A stretch of DNA of 63,935 nt, the filler included, from Reclinomonas americana ATCC 50394 (lineage: Eukaryota): assembly GCA_048213135.1 (NCBI GenBank). It is 9 parts of 3 records of this genome, joined end to end, with 100 filler letters (N's around TTAATTAATTAA, not from the genome) between each part and the next. Parts side by side here need not be neighbours in the genome. Positions count along the whole stretch, not along the records: positions 1 to 7,299 come from PS015146.1; positions 7,400 to 13,875 come from PS015147.1; 7 more parts are not named here. One strand, written 5' to 3'. Under the pieces are notes generated by a model, which saw only the letters and a program-made list of their open reading frames with translations, searched no databases and was not told the DNA's origin. Positions 1 to 12,500 of this stretch are shown here, one piece after another. Position numbers and translations under genes: made by a program. Each line of letters opens with the position of its first letter. Positions within the stretch are counted from its first letter, which is position 1.

Positions 1-1003
1 GTCGCTGGTGCACCTAATTGATCTCGCTTCGCAGAATCATGATCTGCCTCTTGAGTTGGTGCCGTGGACATTCGTGGTCATATGGTGAGTCTGGAGTAAG
101 CAAAGGGAAACCGTTCACTCCTTGCCCCTGTCCTTAGGGGGAAATTGGGGGCGACATTGCTGATTCTGTGTTGCGAATTAGGCTCACCGGCATCTTCCTC
201 ATCATCATGACCCTGCTCACGGCGTCGAGGTTGGTCTCCTTTCGCCTGTGTAGGCCATTTCGACTGCCCTGTTGGATTCACGTTCCGCGCTTGTACAGAG
301 TGCTGAATGATTTGGAGGCGGCTGGCAACGGTGGTCTGATTGCCTCGGCGTGTGGAATCAGGTATGGGAACGTGTCCTTCTGTCGCTTGAGCATTGCACA
401 AGATCGCGTGCTAACTGACAATAATGTGCACGGCAGCGGTGTGTCTGCGTGTGTGCGTACTGTTGTTCTTCTGTCTGTGTTTGCTCACGAATAATCCCCT
501 ATGCGTACTTTCTGCCGCACCTGTTCGCACACAATCAGTGGTGAGTGCTTTGGTCTATCACGCGCTGCCTGCTTGAGTTCTGAACGCCAGTTTTTCTGTC
601 TGCAGGGTCAAGGTTAGACAAGGAGGGCGTGAATGTGCATCGAAAGGCAAACTCACATTGCGTGTTGCAGACATCCTGATCAACGAGCCGCTCAAGATCG
701 TCTTCTTTGCCTTCCTCGGTGCGTGGCGTGGTTGGCGGTATGGATGGCGATGACTCGATGCTGACTCTGTTTTTTTGCTTCGCAGGACTGAGTCACACAG
801 CCATGCTGTCGAGTGCGACTGCCAGCGCTGTTGTGAAGGTTGTGAACGTGGCGACGTGAGGAAACCAGTGAACCATTGCAAGTTACATTGTAGAGGGAGA
901 AAGAGAAGTCACGCGAGTGGGAGGAAGAAACACACAACGATCCACACAAGCACGAGAATGCGAGGTGCCATAGGCCACTCTACTGGCTGGCAAGGATGAA
1001 CAA

Positions 1004-1332
1004 CTAAGAACCGAGAGAATGGGATGGCTCACCGGCACTCACAATGTGCAGACCATCGGGAGAGACGGCCACAGACGACACCCATCCAGTGTGTCCCTCC
1101 AACCGCCGCACTTCCGCCCCGCTAACCAGTGACCGCACTCGCACTGCCTCGGCGCCACAGCCGCTCACAATGTGCAGACCATCGGGGGTGATGGCGAGCG
1201 AGTACACCGCGTAGGTGTAGCCGTCCAGGATCTGTGTGAAGCGCAGAAGGTGAGGCGACAAGGGCAGGCACACTCACGGACACAAGCACACGATGACCAC
1301 GCAAGTGCGCATATTCACACCTTGGTTGCCAT
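1004..1332 (-). pseudogene. Truncated WD40-repeat family copy (MATK micro-exon 1332-1321, second exon from 1231, about 1.6 repeats)
   Basis: ATGGCAACCAAG|GTGTGA donor, then CACAG|ATCCTG acceptor. The exon reads ILDGYTYAVYSLAITPDGLHIVSG...RRLEGHTGWVSSVAVSPDGLHIVSAG and then loses similarity. Confidence 0.7.
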
Positions 1333-2228
1333 TCTCCGTGTGTGTGTGTGAGAGAGAGAAAGAGGGTGTGTGTGTGCGTGCGTGCGCGCGTGTGTGCGTG
1401 TGCGTTACGAGAAGCAGCAGCGAGAGGCTGATTCATGAATTCATCCGACGGAATATCAACATCCTCTTTCTCTCTCGCGCGTGGTGTGCGCCTCGCGGTG
1501 CTGTCTGTGTCTCAGTGCCCCCTCTTTCTCCGCGTCCTCGGCGTGGTGCTCCCTTCTCAAACTGCAAAATGAGTGAGATGTTGCGGCATTGAATGTGCGT
1601 GCATGCATGCATATGCCGAGCCTGGACAACTCGACCCGCCATGATCCCTCCGAGCCACGCATGTGAGTCGGATGGAGAGGCAACAACACACGATTCTGAA
1701 AGAGAGCGACGAGGCATCGCAACTCGTGAGTGGGTGCGTCACACCAGTTGTCTGGACACACAAGCATGTGTGGGCGCAACTCCCTCTCCTCGTGCCCGTG
1801 TGCGGCGAGAAGGGTGGCCCTCTGAATCGATGCTTGACGTGCTCAGCATGGACATGCAGTGCCAGTGTGAGGAGGGGAGGCGACCATGATGCCACTGGCC
1901 GCTGCTTCAAAGCCACAGGCTGGCGTCTCCGCCGCGTTCGAATGACAAGGCGACATGAGCTCGAGGGCACAAGGCTTGTGTATGTGGGTGGATGAGCGAG
2001 GACTCGCTCAATGCCGAGCAGCGCGTGTCTGTTCATTCCATGGTCTCACCTCAACCACACACCCACACCTCCTTCTTGGCATGCTCCACTGCACTGTGCT
2101 GCATCTTCTTTCTCGCGGCCTCGACTTGGCAATGCAACAAGGAAGCACCTGTGTGCACCAGGCGGTGTGGTGGCCAACATGACAGAGTTGCGCAGTGACA
2201 GCAATCGGTCTTCGTACATTCATTGAGC
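1333..2228. repeat. WD40-array spacer A, copy 1 (about 0.9 kb, non-coding)
   Basis: Blocks such as CATCCGACGGAA.ATCAACA, GAGATGTTGCGGCATTGAATG, CACGATTC.GAAAGAGAG and GCGTGTCTGTTCATTCC recur in the same order, with minor variation, at 18.2-19.1, 20.3-21.4 and 27.8-28.7 kb. Confidence 0.9.
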
Positions 2229-2750
2229 TCACTCCGTCCNNNNNNNNNNNNNNNNNNNNNNNNNNNNNNNNNNNNNNNNNNNNNNNNNNNNNNNNNNNNN
2301 NNNNNNNNNNNNNNNNNNNNNNNNNNNNNNNNNNNNNNNNNNNNNNNNNNNNNNNNNNNNNNNNNNNNNNNNNNNNNNNNNNNNNNNNNNNNNNNNNNNN
2401 NNNNNNNNNNNNNNNNNNNNNNNNNNNNNNNNNNNNNNNNNNNNNNNNNNNNNNNNNNNNNNNNNNNNNNNNNNNNNNNNNNNNNNNNNNNNNNNNNNNN
2501 NNNNNNNNNNNNNNNNNNNNNNNNNNNNNNNNNNNNNNNNNNNNNNNNNNNNNNNNNNNNNNNNNNNNNNNNNNNNNNNNNNNNNNNNNNNNNNNNNNNN
2601 NNNNNNNNNNNNNNNNNNNNNNNNNNNNNNNNNNNNNNNNNNNNNNNNNNNNNNNNNNNNNNNNNNNNNNNNNNNNNNNNNNNNNNNNNNNNNNNNNNNN
2701 NNNNNNNNNNNNNNNNNNNNNNNNNNNNNNNNNNTGAATGGTCGACACAG

Positions 2751-3788
2751 GTCCTGGAGGGCCACACTGGAATGGTGTGCTCACTTGCTGTCACCCCCGA
2801 CGGTCACCATGTGGTTAGCGGCGGCGACATGACTGTCCGAGTGTGGTCTCTGACGAGCAGAGAGGAAGTGCGGCGGTTGGAGGGACACACTGCGTGGGTG
2901 ACCTCCGTCGCTGTCACTTCTGACGGCAACTGCATTGTGAGTGGCGGCTATGAGAAGACTGTGCGGGTGTGGTCTCTGGCGAGTGGCGAAGAAGTGCGAC
3001 GGTTGGAGGGGCACTCTGAAAGAGTGCGATCTATCGCCATTACTCCCGATGGTCTGCACGTTGTGAGCGGCAGTGAGGACAAGACAGTGCGGGTGTGGTC
3101 ACTGGCGAATGGGGCACTTGTGCGACGGTTGATGGGGCACTCTGGCATGGTGCTCTCCGTCGCCATCACGCCGGACGGTCACCACATTGTCAGTGGCAGC
3201 TGGGACAGCACTGTACGAGTGTGGTCTGTCGCGAGCGGAAAGAAGTACGGCGACTGGAAGGGCACACTGGAAGAGTGTGGTCTGTCGCCGTCTCTCCCGA
3301 CGGTCAGCATGTTGTGAGCGGGGGCGATGACCATACGGTACGAATGTGGTCGCTGGCGAGTGGAGAGGTAGCACAGAGGTTGGAAGGGCACAACGGTGCA
3401 GTGCTGTCTGTTGCCGTCACTCCCGACGGCCAGCACGTTTTGAGTGGTGGAGTGGACAACACGGTGCGCATGTGGTCGGTGGTGAGTGGGCAACAAGTGC
3501 GACGGTTGGAAGGGCACACTGGCTCGGTGTGGTCTGTTGCAGTCTCTGCTGATGGCCAGCACATCGTGAGTGGCAGTCAGGATAAATCGATCCGAGTGTG
3601 GTCCTCGCCGAGTGCGCTGGCGCGGCAAGAGGTTGCGGCCGCGCGACTGGCCGTGCTGGCCGTCAACGAGCTGCTTGCCGGCGGGGATGACGACGGCGAC
3701 TGTGACTGGATCCTGATCGATGTCGTGCTGCGGTGTTTTGTGTTGGAGGATGCAGAGATGATTGACCATCGTGCGCCTGGATGGTGCT
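2751..3788 (+). CDS. WD40 exon with 7 repeats and APGWC(WTE)-type tail; one frameshift near 3240; contig probably inverted
   Basis: Seven GH..V.S.AV.PDG..V.SG..D.TVRVW repeats across ORFs 2223-3317 and 3095-4372. Acceptor CACAG at 2746-2750. Tail LARQEVAAARLAVLAVNELL...DWILIDVVLRCF. Confidence 0.85.
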
Positions 3789-4056
3789 NNNNNNNNNNNN
3801 NNNNNNNNNNNNNNNNNNNNNNNNNNNNNNNNNNNNNNNNNNNNNNNNNNNNNNNNNNNNNNNNNNNNNNNNNNNNNNNNNNNNNNNNNNNNNNNNNNNN
3901 NNNNNNNNNNNNNNNNNNNNNNNNNNNNNNNNNNNNNNNNNNNNNNNNNNNNNNNNNNNNNNNNNNNNNNNNNNNNNNNNNNNNNNNNNNNNNNNNNNNN
4001 NNNNNCGGTAAGAGAGAGAGAGAGAAGCAGCCACATACACGCGCATGTGAGCAGAC

Positions 4057-4068
4057 CTTGGTTGCCAT
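4057..4068 (-). CDS. MATK micro-exon (probable first exon of the 2751-3788 WD40 exon)
   Basis: Minus strand ATGGCAACCAAG|GT, identical to the leaders at 1332 and 24840. Confidence 0.7.
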
Positions 4069-4199
4069 TGGAGAAGCGGAAGGAAAAATGCCTCTTGTGT
4101 CTTCTCTTTTTGGTTCGCTTCTGTTGACTTTCTCTCTTCTGATAGCAAGCTACCTGGTTGGTACGGTGGTAAACGAACAGTCTGTTGTTTCTCGTGTGT

Positions 4200-6096
4200 G
4201 TGTTATGTGTGTGTGTGATTTGCTCGCTCCGGATTGTCACTGTTTCCCGCCTTTCTTCTCCCGCCTTGCTCTGAGGCGTCTTACATCCCTCGCCAGGCTG
4301 CAGCCAGCACCCCACATAGCATATGGTAGTGTGGGCGACGTGACTCCGATGATGCGTGTGGGCTTTCGATGACCGACATGGGACTCGTCGCTGTAGCGAT
4401 GAGAAATCGGCAGAATGGACGCGCAAGGCGGTGACACGAGGTGGCGCTCCGCTGCATCGCGCTGCTGACCAGCGACACTCCCTTTTGACTGGCCTGCATT
4501 CTCTATCAACGAGGACTGGCATGTCGTGCTGCTTGGATACGCAGTTGTGGCCCTAGGCCAGGTGTGCTGGTGCTACTGCATTCCCGAGAATCCAAGTCAT
4601 GGATACCTCACCCCGTCTTGGATCGATCCACAGCAAGGTTAACGAGGGCACGATGAAAAAAGAGAGCCACAAGGGACGGGAGAGAAGCGACCAGCACAGC
4701 AGCACAGCGATGGAAGAGGCAGCTGTGTTGTGTGTAGCCTCCCCTTCACCCAAATCACAATCAATGCCTCGTGCCTTCAATCACACTCACAGTCGGCCGG
4801 TGAATCGTCTCATGCAGGCACTGTGAAGCACGGAACCACGTGTCTTCGCATGCCAATCACTTGCCAGCACGCTTGTGTTACGATCACACATAGAACCGAG
4901 TCAGTCAAATCTCCATGTCTCACCAACTTGTTCCTCAACGCAAATGCAGAACGCACACGCACCATGAGTTGCTGGCCTCGCACGTGTCTGCAGTCTCCCA
5001 TGACCACCACATGGTCACTCGACAGAGACGGCGGCAGCCAAGGTGTGCACACCATCGATCCGCGCAGACCTGCCAGCCGGGATTGAAAACGATCCACCGA
5101 CCAGGCCACCCATCGCACAGCACGGCACGCAGGTGTACACCCACCACGCCACGCCCTCCATGGCATGGACGGCCTGCAGGAATGAAGTGAGTGGGAGGGA
5201 AAGAGGAAAGAGAGATCAAGACGCAAACATGGTCACACACCTGCATCGTGCATCGGTGGGATTCAGGTGTGGAGCCGACTGAGTGAGGTGACAGCCGGCA
5301 GCGGGCGATGCACAACACGCCTGCAATCATTACGGAACAACGAGGGGGACCTGCACCTAAGGTGTCTGCATGTCGGTATGCTGTGAGCGAAAGAAATGAG
5401 GAAGGAGAGAGATATCTGCTCTGTCTCACGTGACGAAAACACCGATCAGCACCTGATGCCAACACGCGTTTGGTCAAGAGGCAAGCCGAGGGAAGCTTCT
5501 GCACACACAACCATCCTTCAATAGGGGGAGAGCGGAGTCAGTCTGCAGTCATGTCACCTCACACACTTCGGTGTCGAGATGCTCACCATGATGGACTGAC
5601 CAACTCGACGGCAGAATGGCAGTCGGAAAACGGTGAGCAGACCAGCATGCTCGGCCTCGAGCTTGTGCGGCAAGGAGGGGTGGATGGCTGGGGAAGCAGA
5701 TAAGCGCACAAAGGAGGGAGACGGTGGAGAAAGAGAGAGACTCTGCAAGGGAGAAAAAAGGGGAGAGCTGAATGACAGGCATTTTTCAGAACCGGAAAGA
5801 GAATGTCCGCGGCGCACAGGCACAATGGGAAGCAGGGCGGTGGCGCCAAGGAAGTGTGCAAAACAAGACGCGAGGAAATAGACAACGGCGACTTGCTCTC
5901 CTGAAGCACACGCATGCACGAATAAGATGCACACACAACAGACTTCACAACAAGACAAAATGACACAACAGACTCCCAAGTGATTCATCGCGCTCGCATG
6001 CGCACACACAAATAGAGGTGAGAAAGAGACACGCCAACAGATGGAGACATGCTCCACGCCCACCCACTCTCATTCACATGAAAGGGGAACAAGCAC
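4200..6096. repeat. WD40-array spacer B, copy 1 (about 1.9 kb)
   Basis: Colinear with about 24865-27063, e.g. TCAACGAGGACTGGCATGTCG, CTTCAATCACACTCACAGTCGG and AATAAGATGCACACACAACAGACTTCACAACAAGACAAAA. Confidence 0.9.
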
Positions 6097-6125
6097 NNNN
6101 NNNNNNNNNNNNNNNNNNNNNNCAG

Positions 6126-7161
6126 ATCATTCAGAGTCTCGCTGCTGCAGTGCGATCCATCGCCGTCACTCCCGACGGCAAGCACATTGTTGGTGGATGC
6201 ATGGACAGTACCGCCCGAGTGTGGTCTGTGGCGAGTGGCAAGGAGGTGCGACGGCTGGATGGACACACCGCCACGGTGACATCTGTCGCCGTCACTCCCG
6301 ATGGCCACCACGTTGTCAGTGGCAGCTATGACAACACAGTTCGAGTGTGGTCGCTGGCTAGTGGGGAGGAGGTAAGACGGCAAGAGGGACACACTTGTGC
6401 GGTGGCATCTGTCGCCGTCACCCCCGACGGTAAGCACGTCATCAGCGGCAGCTACGATAGCACAGTGAGAGTGTGGCTGTTGGCAAGTGGAGAGGAGGTG
6501 CGACGGATGGAGGGACACGGAGGGCTATACTCTGTTGCCGTCACTCCCGATTGTCAACACATTGTCAGTGGTGGTAGCGACAACACCGTACGGGTATTGT
6601 TGCTGGCGAGTGGGGAGGAGGTGCTGCGGTCGGAGGGGCACACCGACATCGTGGAGTCTGTCGCTGTCACTCTCGACGGTCGAGCGCATCGTGAGCGGCA
6701 GTTTCGACGAGACAGTGCGAGTGTGGTCATTGGCGAGTGGAGAAGAGGTGCGACGGTAGAGGGACACACTGACTGGGTGTCTTCTGTCGCCATCACTCCC
6801 GAGTCAGCACATTGTTAGCGGGAGCGGAGACAGCACTGTGCGGGTGTGGTCTCTGGCGAGTGGCGAGGAAGTACGACGGTTGGAGGGACATGAGGGATGG
6901 GTGTCGTCTGTGGCCGTCTCTCCCGATGGTCAGCACATTGTGAGTGCGGGTGGTAAGGACAGGACCGTAAGAGTGTGGTCCACACCGCGTGGCCTTGCTC
7001 GGTTCGAACTCGACGCCGCACGCTCGGCCATGCATGCTGTGCAGGAGATGCAGGAGGAGGAGAGGGCCACCGAGGAGGAAGTAGATTCTCGATGCCTTCC
7101 CGAGCTGGTTCTGCGCTGCTTCATCGTCGAGGATGCCGAGGTCGTCTTTTTCCGGTGCTGA
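6126..7161 (+). pseudogene. WD40 exon with 7 repeats and FFRC-type tail; about 3 frameshifts (near 6682, 6757, 6802); contig probably inverted
   Basis: Repeats are spread over ORFs 6018-6818, 6487-6759 and 6838-7161. Tail STPRGLARFELDAARSAMHAVQEM...CLPELVLRCFIVEDAEVVFFRC. The frameshifts may be real or read errors. Confidence 0.75.
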
Positions 7162-7299
7162 GTTGGTGAGTCGGAGGAAGGGAAGGTGGCTACTGGTGAT
7201 CGTGAGTTGTTTTTCGTGTCTTGCGAGGGAGAGTGGGTGATCATGTGGGTGCGGGTGGGGAAAGAGAGTACGACAGAGGAGGAGAGAGAGGTCGTTGTT

Positions 7300-7399
7300 N
7301 NNNNNNNNNNNNNNNNNNNNNNNNNNNNNNNNNNNNNNNNNNNTTAATTAATTAANNNNNNNNNNNNNNNNNNNNNNNNNNNNNNNNNNNNNNNNNNNN
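7300..7399. other. Artificial contig-join linker (44 N + TTAATTAATTAA + 44 N); also at 13876, 24433, 37415, 48256, 52682, 55629 and 57894
   Basis: The same 100-bp pattern, with stops in all six frames, occurs eight times. Confidence 0.97.
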
Positions 7400-9057
7400 A
7401 GATCGGCGGTCCGCTGCATCGTGGCGTGGAACAGGCGTGTGGCCACTTGGGCCGTCAAGGCCTGCGCGTGCTCGCGCTCTGCTTCCGACTCGTGCGCAAC
7501 GGCCTGATGCGCACGCCAAGTGTTCCTGATCTGGCTCATCTGGCGTCGTTGAACCGCGACCGTCATGGACACTCTTCGGCTGCATTGCGCCGCTCGGCTT
7601 CCTTTCTGCGTTCGCACTCTGGGCAAGGCGTCTTGCGCGACGACCCCAATGTGCCCAATCTCGAATCGTCGCTTGAGGTGGTTCGCGGCTTGTTGCAAGG
7701 GCCCATGGTGTCGCGCTTCCTGGGTCACGTGACGCATATTGTGCTCGACGACGAGGGCGAAGCTCTCGACCTGGCGTCCGTGGACTTGCGCGGTACGGAT
7801 CTGCTTGTGCCGACCACCATCGACCTTCGCGAGAGTCACGTTGGCGACTTTGACCGTGCGGAGATTGAATGCGACCTGGTGTTCGTCGGTCTGGTCGGCG
7901 TGCGCGACCCGCCGAAGCCAGAGTCGGCACCGGCCGTGGCCGAGTGCAAGCAGGCCGGTATCACTGTTCGTATGCTCACTGGTGATCATCGTGAGACTGC
8001 CACCACGATTGCGAAGGAGATAGGCATTTTGCCGAGACCAGACGACGAAGGCGAGGGAACTGCATTGCAAGACAGCGTCTTTTGCCCTCGTCGTGCTCAC
8101 CCTTCACGCCGTCGTCACTGTGCAGAATATGACCCCGAACTGGCTGGCGACATCCAGCACAGCTTCATGGTGATGACGGGACCGCAGGTAGACCGCATGA
8201 CGGCTGCCGAACTTGACGCACTTCCCGATCTCCCGCTTGTGGTGGCTCGGTGAGTCGTGTGTGTGTATGTGTGTGTGTGTGTGTGTGCATGTTTCTGTGC
8301 CGCTTGGCAGACCACTGGCGATTGGTATGACTACTCACCTTGTGTTAAACTGCAGCTGCACGCCGGAGAGTAAAGTGCGCTTGGTGGAGGCCCTGCATCG
8401 CCGCAAGCGCATTGTGGCGATGACTGGTGACGGCGTGAACGACTCGCCGGCAATCAAAGTGGCCGACGTGGGCGTGGCCATGGGCATCACCGGCTCCGAG
8501 ATCACCAAGTCCGTGGCCGACATTGTGTTGTCGGACGACAACTTTGCCACGATTGTTTCGGCCGTGCGCGAAGGTCGTCGCATCTCGACTCCATCACCAA
8601 GTTCGTCCTACATCTGCTCAGCAGCAATGTGGCCGAGGGCATGCGCATTGCGTTGATGCTGGCGTTGGCCTTTGCTCTTGATACCGATGGCTTGCCAGTG
8701 TTCGTGCTCAGCCCGCTGGCCATATTGTGGCTGAACACCATGACTGGGACGGGACCAGCCATCGGCTTGGCGATGGACCCCGCTCCGATAGACATTATGC
8801 AGCGACCGCCTCTGTCGCGCTCTATCTTTACGTTTGAGCTGCTGTTGGACATGACGGTTTACGGGGTGATTATGGGCGGCTTGACTCTTGGTGGCTTCTC
8901 CATCGCCACCTGGAGCGGGAAGCCAGACTCGCTCGGCCGCGACTGTAACAAGGGCGACGTGAGCGACCGCTCCGATTGTGATCCGGTGCTTCGCGGGCGA
9001 GCAGTGGCGTTTGCCGTGCTGAGCTTGCAGTTGCTGTTGCTGGCTTTCAACTGCCGG
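7400..9057 (+). CDS. ENA1: P-type ATPase, type IID (ENA-like Na+/K+-exporting), partial
   Basis: GVRDPPK, MLTGDH, ENA-like [20 protein letters not shown] (across intron 8250-8355), [40 protein letters not shown], then TM helices. A 1-nt frameshift lies near 8586. Both ends run into gaps. Confidence 0.88.
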
Positions 9058-9568
9058 NNNNNNNNNNNNNNNNNNNNNNNNNNNNNNNNNNNNNNNNNNN
9101 NNNNNNNNNNNNNNNNNNNNNNNNNNNNNNNNNNNNNNNNNNNNNNNNNNNNNNNNNNNNNNNNNNNNNNNNNNNNNNNNNNNNNNNNNNNNNNNNNNNN
9201 NNNNNNNNNNNNNNNNNNNNNNNNNNNNNNNNNNNNNNNNNNNNNNNNNNNNNNNNNNNNNNNNNNNNNNNNNNNNNNNNNNNNNNNNNNNNNNNNNNNN
9301 NNNNNNNNNNNNNNNNNNNNNNNNNNNAGGAGATCGGAGGTGGTGTGCACGAGTCACTGTTCTTGCAGCGGTGGCCGTATAGCGAGAACAGAAAACCTGA
9401 GGTCTGTATGTAGGCGACATGCACATGTCTTTCGTTTACTGGTGACAACATGCACGATCGCCGACAACTTCACGTGGTGCAGAATCGCAAAGCAAGAAGA
9501 AAAGGAAATAGCGAAGTGGGAGCATAGGGCAAGGCAGAACCCCCGAGTAAAGGCGTACCATTGACTTC

Positions 9569-12500
9569 TCAAGCACACTTGACATCTGTGGCCGCAACAC
9601 AGCCGAGGCGCTGTCCGTTGCTCCAGTTGAATGCCTGGTACGGAGTCGCGCCCTTGTTCAGCAACTGGCACGCACCCTCGATGCGGCACTGGCAGTGCGT
9701 GCCAATGGCACCGGTGCTGGCATAAGGCGCATACGGGTAGGTGCAAGAGCACACACTGCACTCATACACGGTCGCGTCAGCATCAAGTGAAGTGGTTGTT
9801 TCGTCGAGCTGTTCACGCAACTTGTTCGCGCATCGCCCGCCGACAAACAGGCCGCCATTGTCAGCACGACCCACACCGTATCCCAAGCACTGCGAGTCGC
9901 TGGTGCACACAGGCGGCGGCGCCACGACCGAGCACGTCGGTCCACTGAACCCGCTCTTGCACACACAGCCGGTGCCAGTGCGGCCCGTCGAGCACGATTG
10001 CGTACCTGCGGCGTTGCATGTCGAGCAGCTCTTGCTGCAGTCCGAGCCCCTGTACCCCACACGGATGGTGATGAGAAACGACGACACAGCACAGCACAGA
10101 ACAATACAGAGCAGCACAGAAGAGCACAGAAAAGTACATAACAGCACAGCAGATACAACACAGCACAACAGCACAGCACAGAACAGAACAGCACAGAGAA
10201 GCCCAGAAGTGTACAGAGAAGCACATAACAACACACAGCACAGCACAGCACAGCACAGCACAGCACAGTACATCACAGCACAGCACAGCACAGCACAGCA
10301 CAGTACATCACAACCTGCACACACACACACACTCTTTCTCTCTCTCTCTCACACACACACACAAACCAGCGATCAGGCGCACAGTTGTCGCACAGAGCTC
10401 CAGCAAAACCGGCCTTGCATACTGCGAAGAAAAAAGAGTCTCTCGTAAGTCTTCCGAATCACATCCTTTTCCAACGACTTCACTCACCGCAGCCGCTGGC
10501 ACTCGCACAGCTCGCAGTTCCAGCCGCCAGACACGACGTGCATGTCTGGCTGCAGTTGGCGCCAAAGTGCTGCGCGTCACACTGCGCACAGGTCGAGCCG
10601 GCAAATGGCACGTAGCACGAGCACGATCCGTCGTCTAGGAAGCACGAGCCGTGACCAGAGCAGTCCTCCACGGGGCGGCACTATTTGAAGGAGAGATGTG
10701 GGGGGAAATGCAATGAGTGTGGTAACAACAACAAGACATTTGCGAAGGCGATCTAGGGTGGCGACTGAGAGGAGAGCAGAAAAGCCATTGAATGACATTC
10801 CCACCAAGAAACAGAGAGAGCCACTGCATAACAAGCCAACACTCAAACACACTTTGTCACTCGGGGGGTGAGAAGGCGAAGACCCACACACAGAACGAGA
10901 GACGAGGATCAACACCGCATGACTCAGCCTGTGGCCTTTGCAATTGCCACCACCTTTTTTCTCTCCACTCACCTGGCAGTTCTTGCCACCAATGCCGGGC
11001 AAGCACGCACACTTTCCGGACGACTGGCCACTCGACAACACGCAATAGCCACTCAGGCTCGACTTGTTGCCAATAGTCACCGGCTGAGTGTTGCCTGCGC
11101 GCAGAAAAGGTANNNNNNNNNNNNNNNNNNNNNNNNNNNNNNNNNNNNNNNNNNNNNNNNNNNNNNNNNNNNNNNNNNNNNNNNNNNNNNNNNNNNNNNN
11201 NNNNNNNNNNNNNNNNNNNNNNNNNNNNNNNNNNNNNNNNNNNNNNNNNNNNNNNNNNNNNNNNNNNNNNNNNNNNNNNNNNNNNNNNNNNNNNNNNNNN
11301 NNNNNNNNNNNNNNNNNNNNNNNNNNNNNNNNNNNNNNNNNNNNNNNNNNNNNNNNNNNNNNNNNNNNNNNNNNNNNNNNNNNNNNNNNNNNNNNNNNNN
11401 NNNNNNNNNNNNNNNNNNNNNNNNNNNNNNNNNNNNNNNNNNNNNNNNNNNNNNNNNNNNNNNNNNNNNNNNNNNNNNNNNNNNNNNNNNNNNNNNNNNN
11501 NNNNNNNNNNNNNNNNNNNNNNNNNNNNNNNNNNNNNNNNNNNNNNNNNNNNNNNNNNNNNNNNNNNNNNNNNNNNNNNNNNNNNNNNNNNNNNNNNNNN
11601 NNNNNNNNNNNNNNNNNNNNNNNNNNNNNNNNNNNNNNNNCCCCTACTTCCCTTCTCATATCCCCCTCTCACCATTGATACTCAGGTGATTCCAGTTGCA
11701 GTGCATGTCGGTCTCACAGAACCCATCTGCACGCACTGTCAGTCACCAATCTCAACATTCACCGTCCGCGATGCGCAACTCGTCGGATTGACACACACTC
11801 CATCCGCGTCGCGGCATGTCTCCGTGTTGTTGCATCCCGAGCACACGCTGCAGGTGGGACCCGTCCACTTACCAACGCACGATCCACAGTCCACACCGGT
11901 CCAGTGCGAGCTGCACTTGCATGTGTTGTCGGCCTGGCACGTACCATGCAAGCACGAGCAGGCAGTGCACTTGGGCTGTATGCGCGATCCGAATGGCGTG
12001 TTGGTGATGCCCACAAAGGCAACGTTGTCGATGAGCCAGCCAAGATCCGGATAGTACATATCTGACCCAATGCGGAAGCGAATTGCGACCGTCTTGCCTG
12101 TGTGCCGAGGAAACGCGGAGATCACGTTACTCAGGTATCACACGCACGTACACATGGTGCGCGACCATAACACACCCGCGAAAGCCTGACCAAAATCGAG
12201 CGTCTCACGCCGCAGAACCCACCCTTCTGGAAGGAGATCGCCGCCCGTGTAGGCGCGTCGACCACCCAGTGGATTATCGTAGTTTACAGAGATCACACCA
12301 GTATACGAGGGCTGTGTGAAACGCAAGAATGAGAGTGAGCATTGTTGCACAAGGAATACACCAACACTCGTTACACGCTATACTCGCAATACCTCAATCA
12401 CCAGTACGTATACGCATTGCGTGCCGATACCCTGCTGCGTGCACTCGCAAACTATATCTTCCTGCCGCTCCTCACTTATTCCCTTCCCCTTTCTGCCATC

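Noticed and set aside
78-999. Short ORFs at the window start (and the many microsatellite-derived ORFs elsewhere)
   Set aside because: No recognisable motifs, or simply translations of (GA)n, (CA)n or N runs.
7344-7355. Recurrent TTAATTAATTAA motif
   Set aside because: Always centred between two runs of 44 N; it is a synthetic six-frame-stop linker.
3236-8590. Programmed frameshifts at about 3240 (WD40) and about 8586 (ATPase)
   Set aside because: Both are single-base losses in short homopolymer contexts, best explained as sequencing error.
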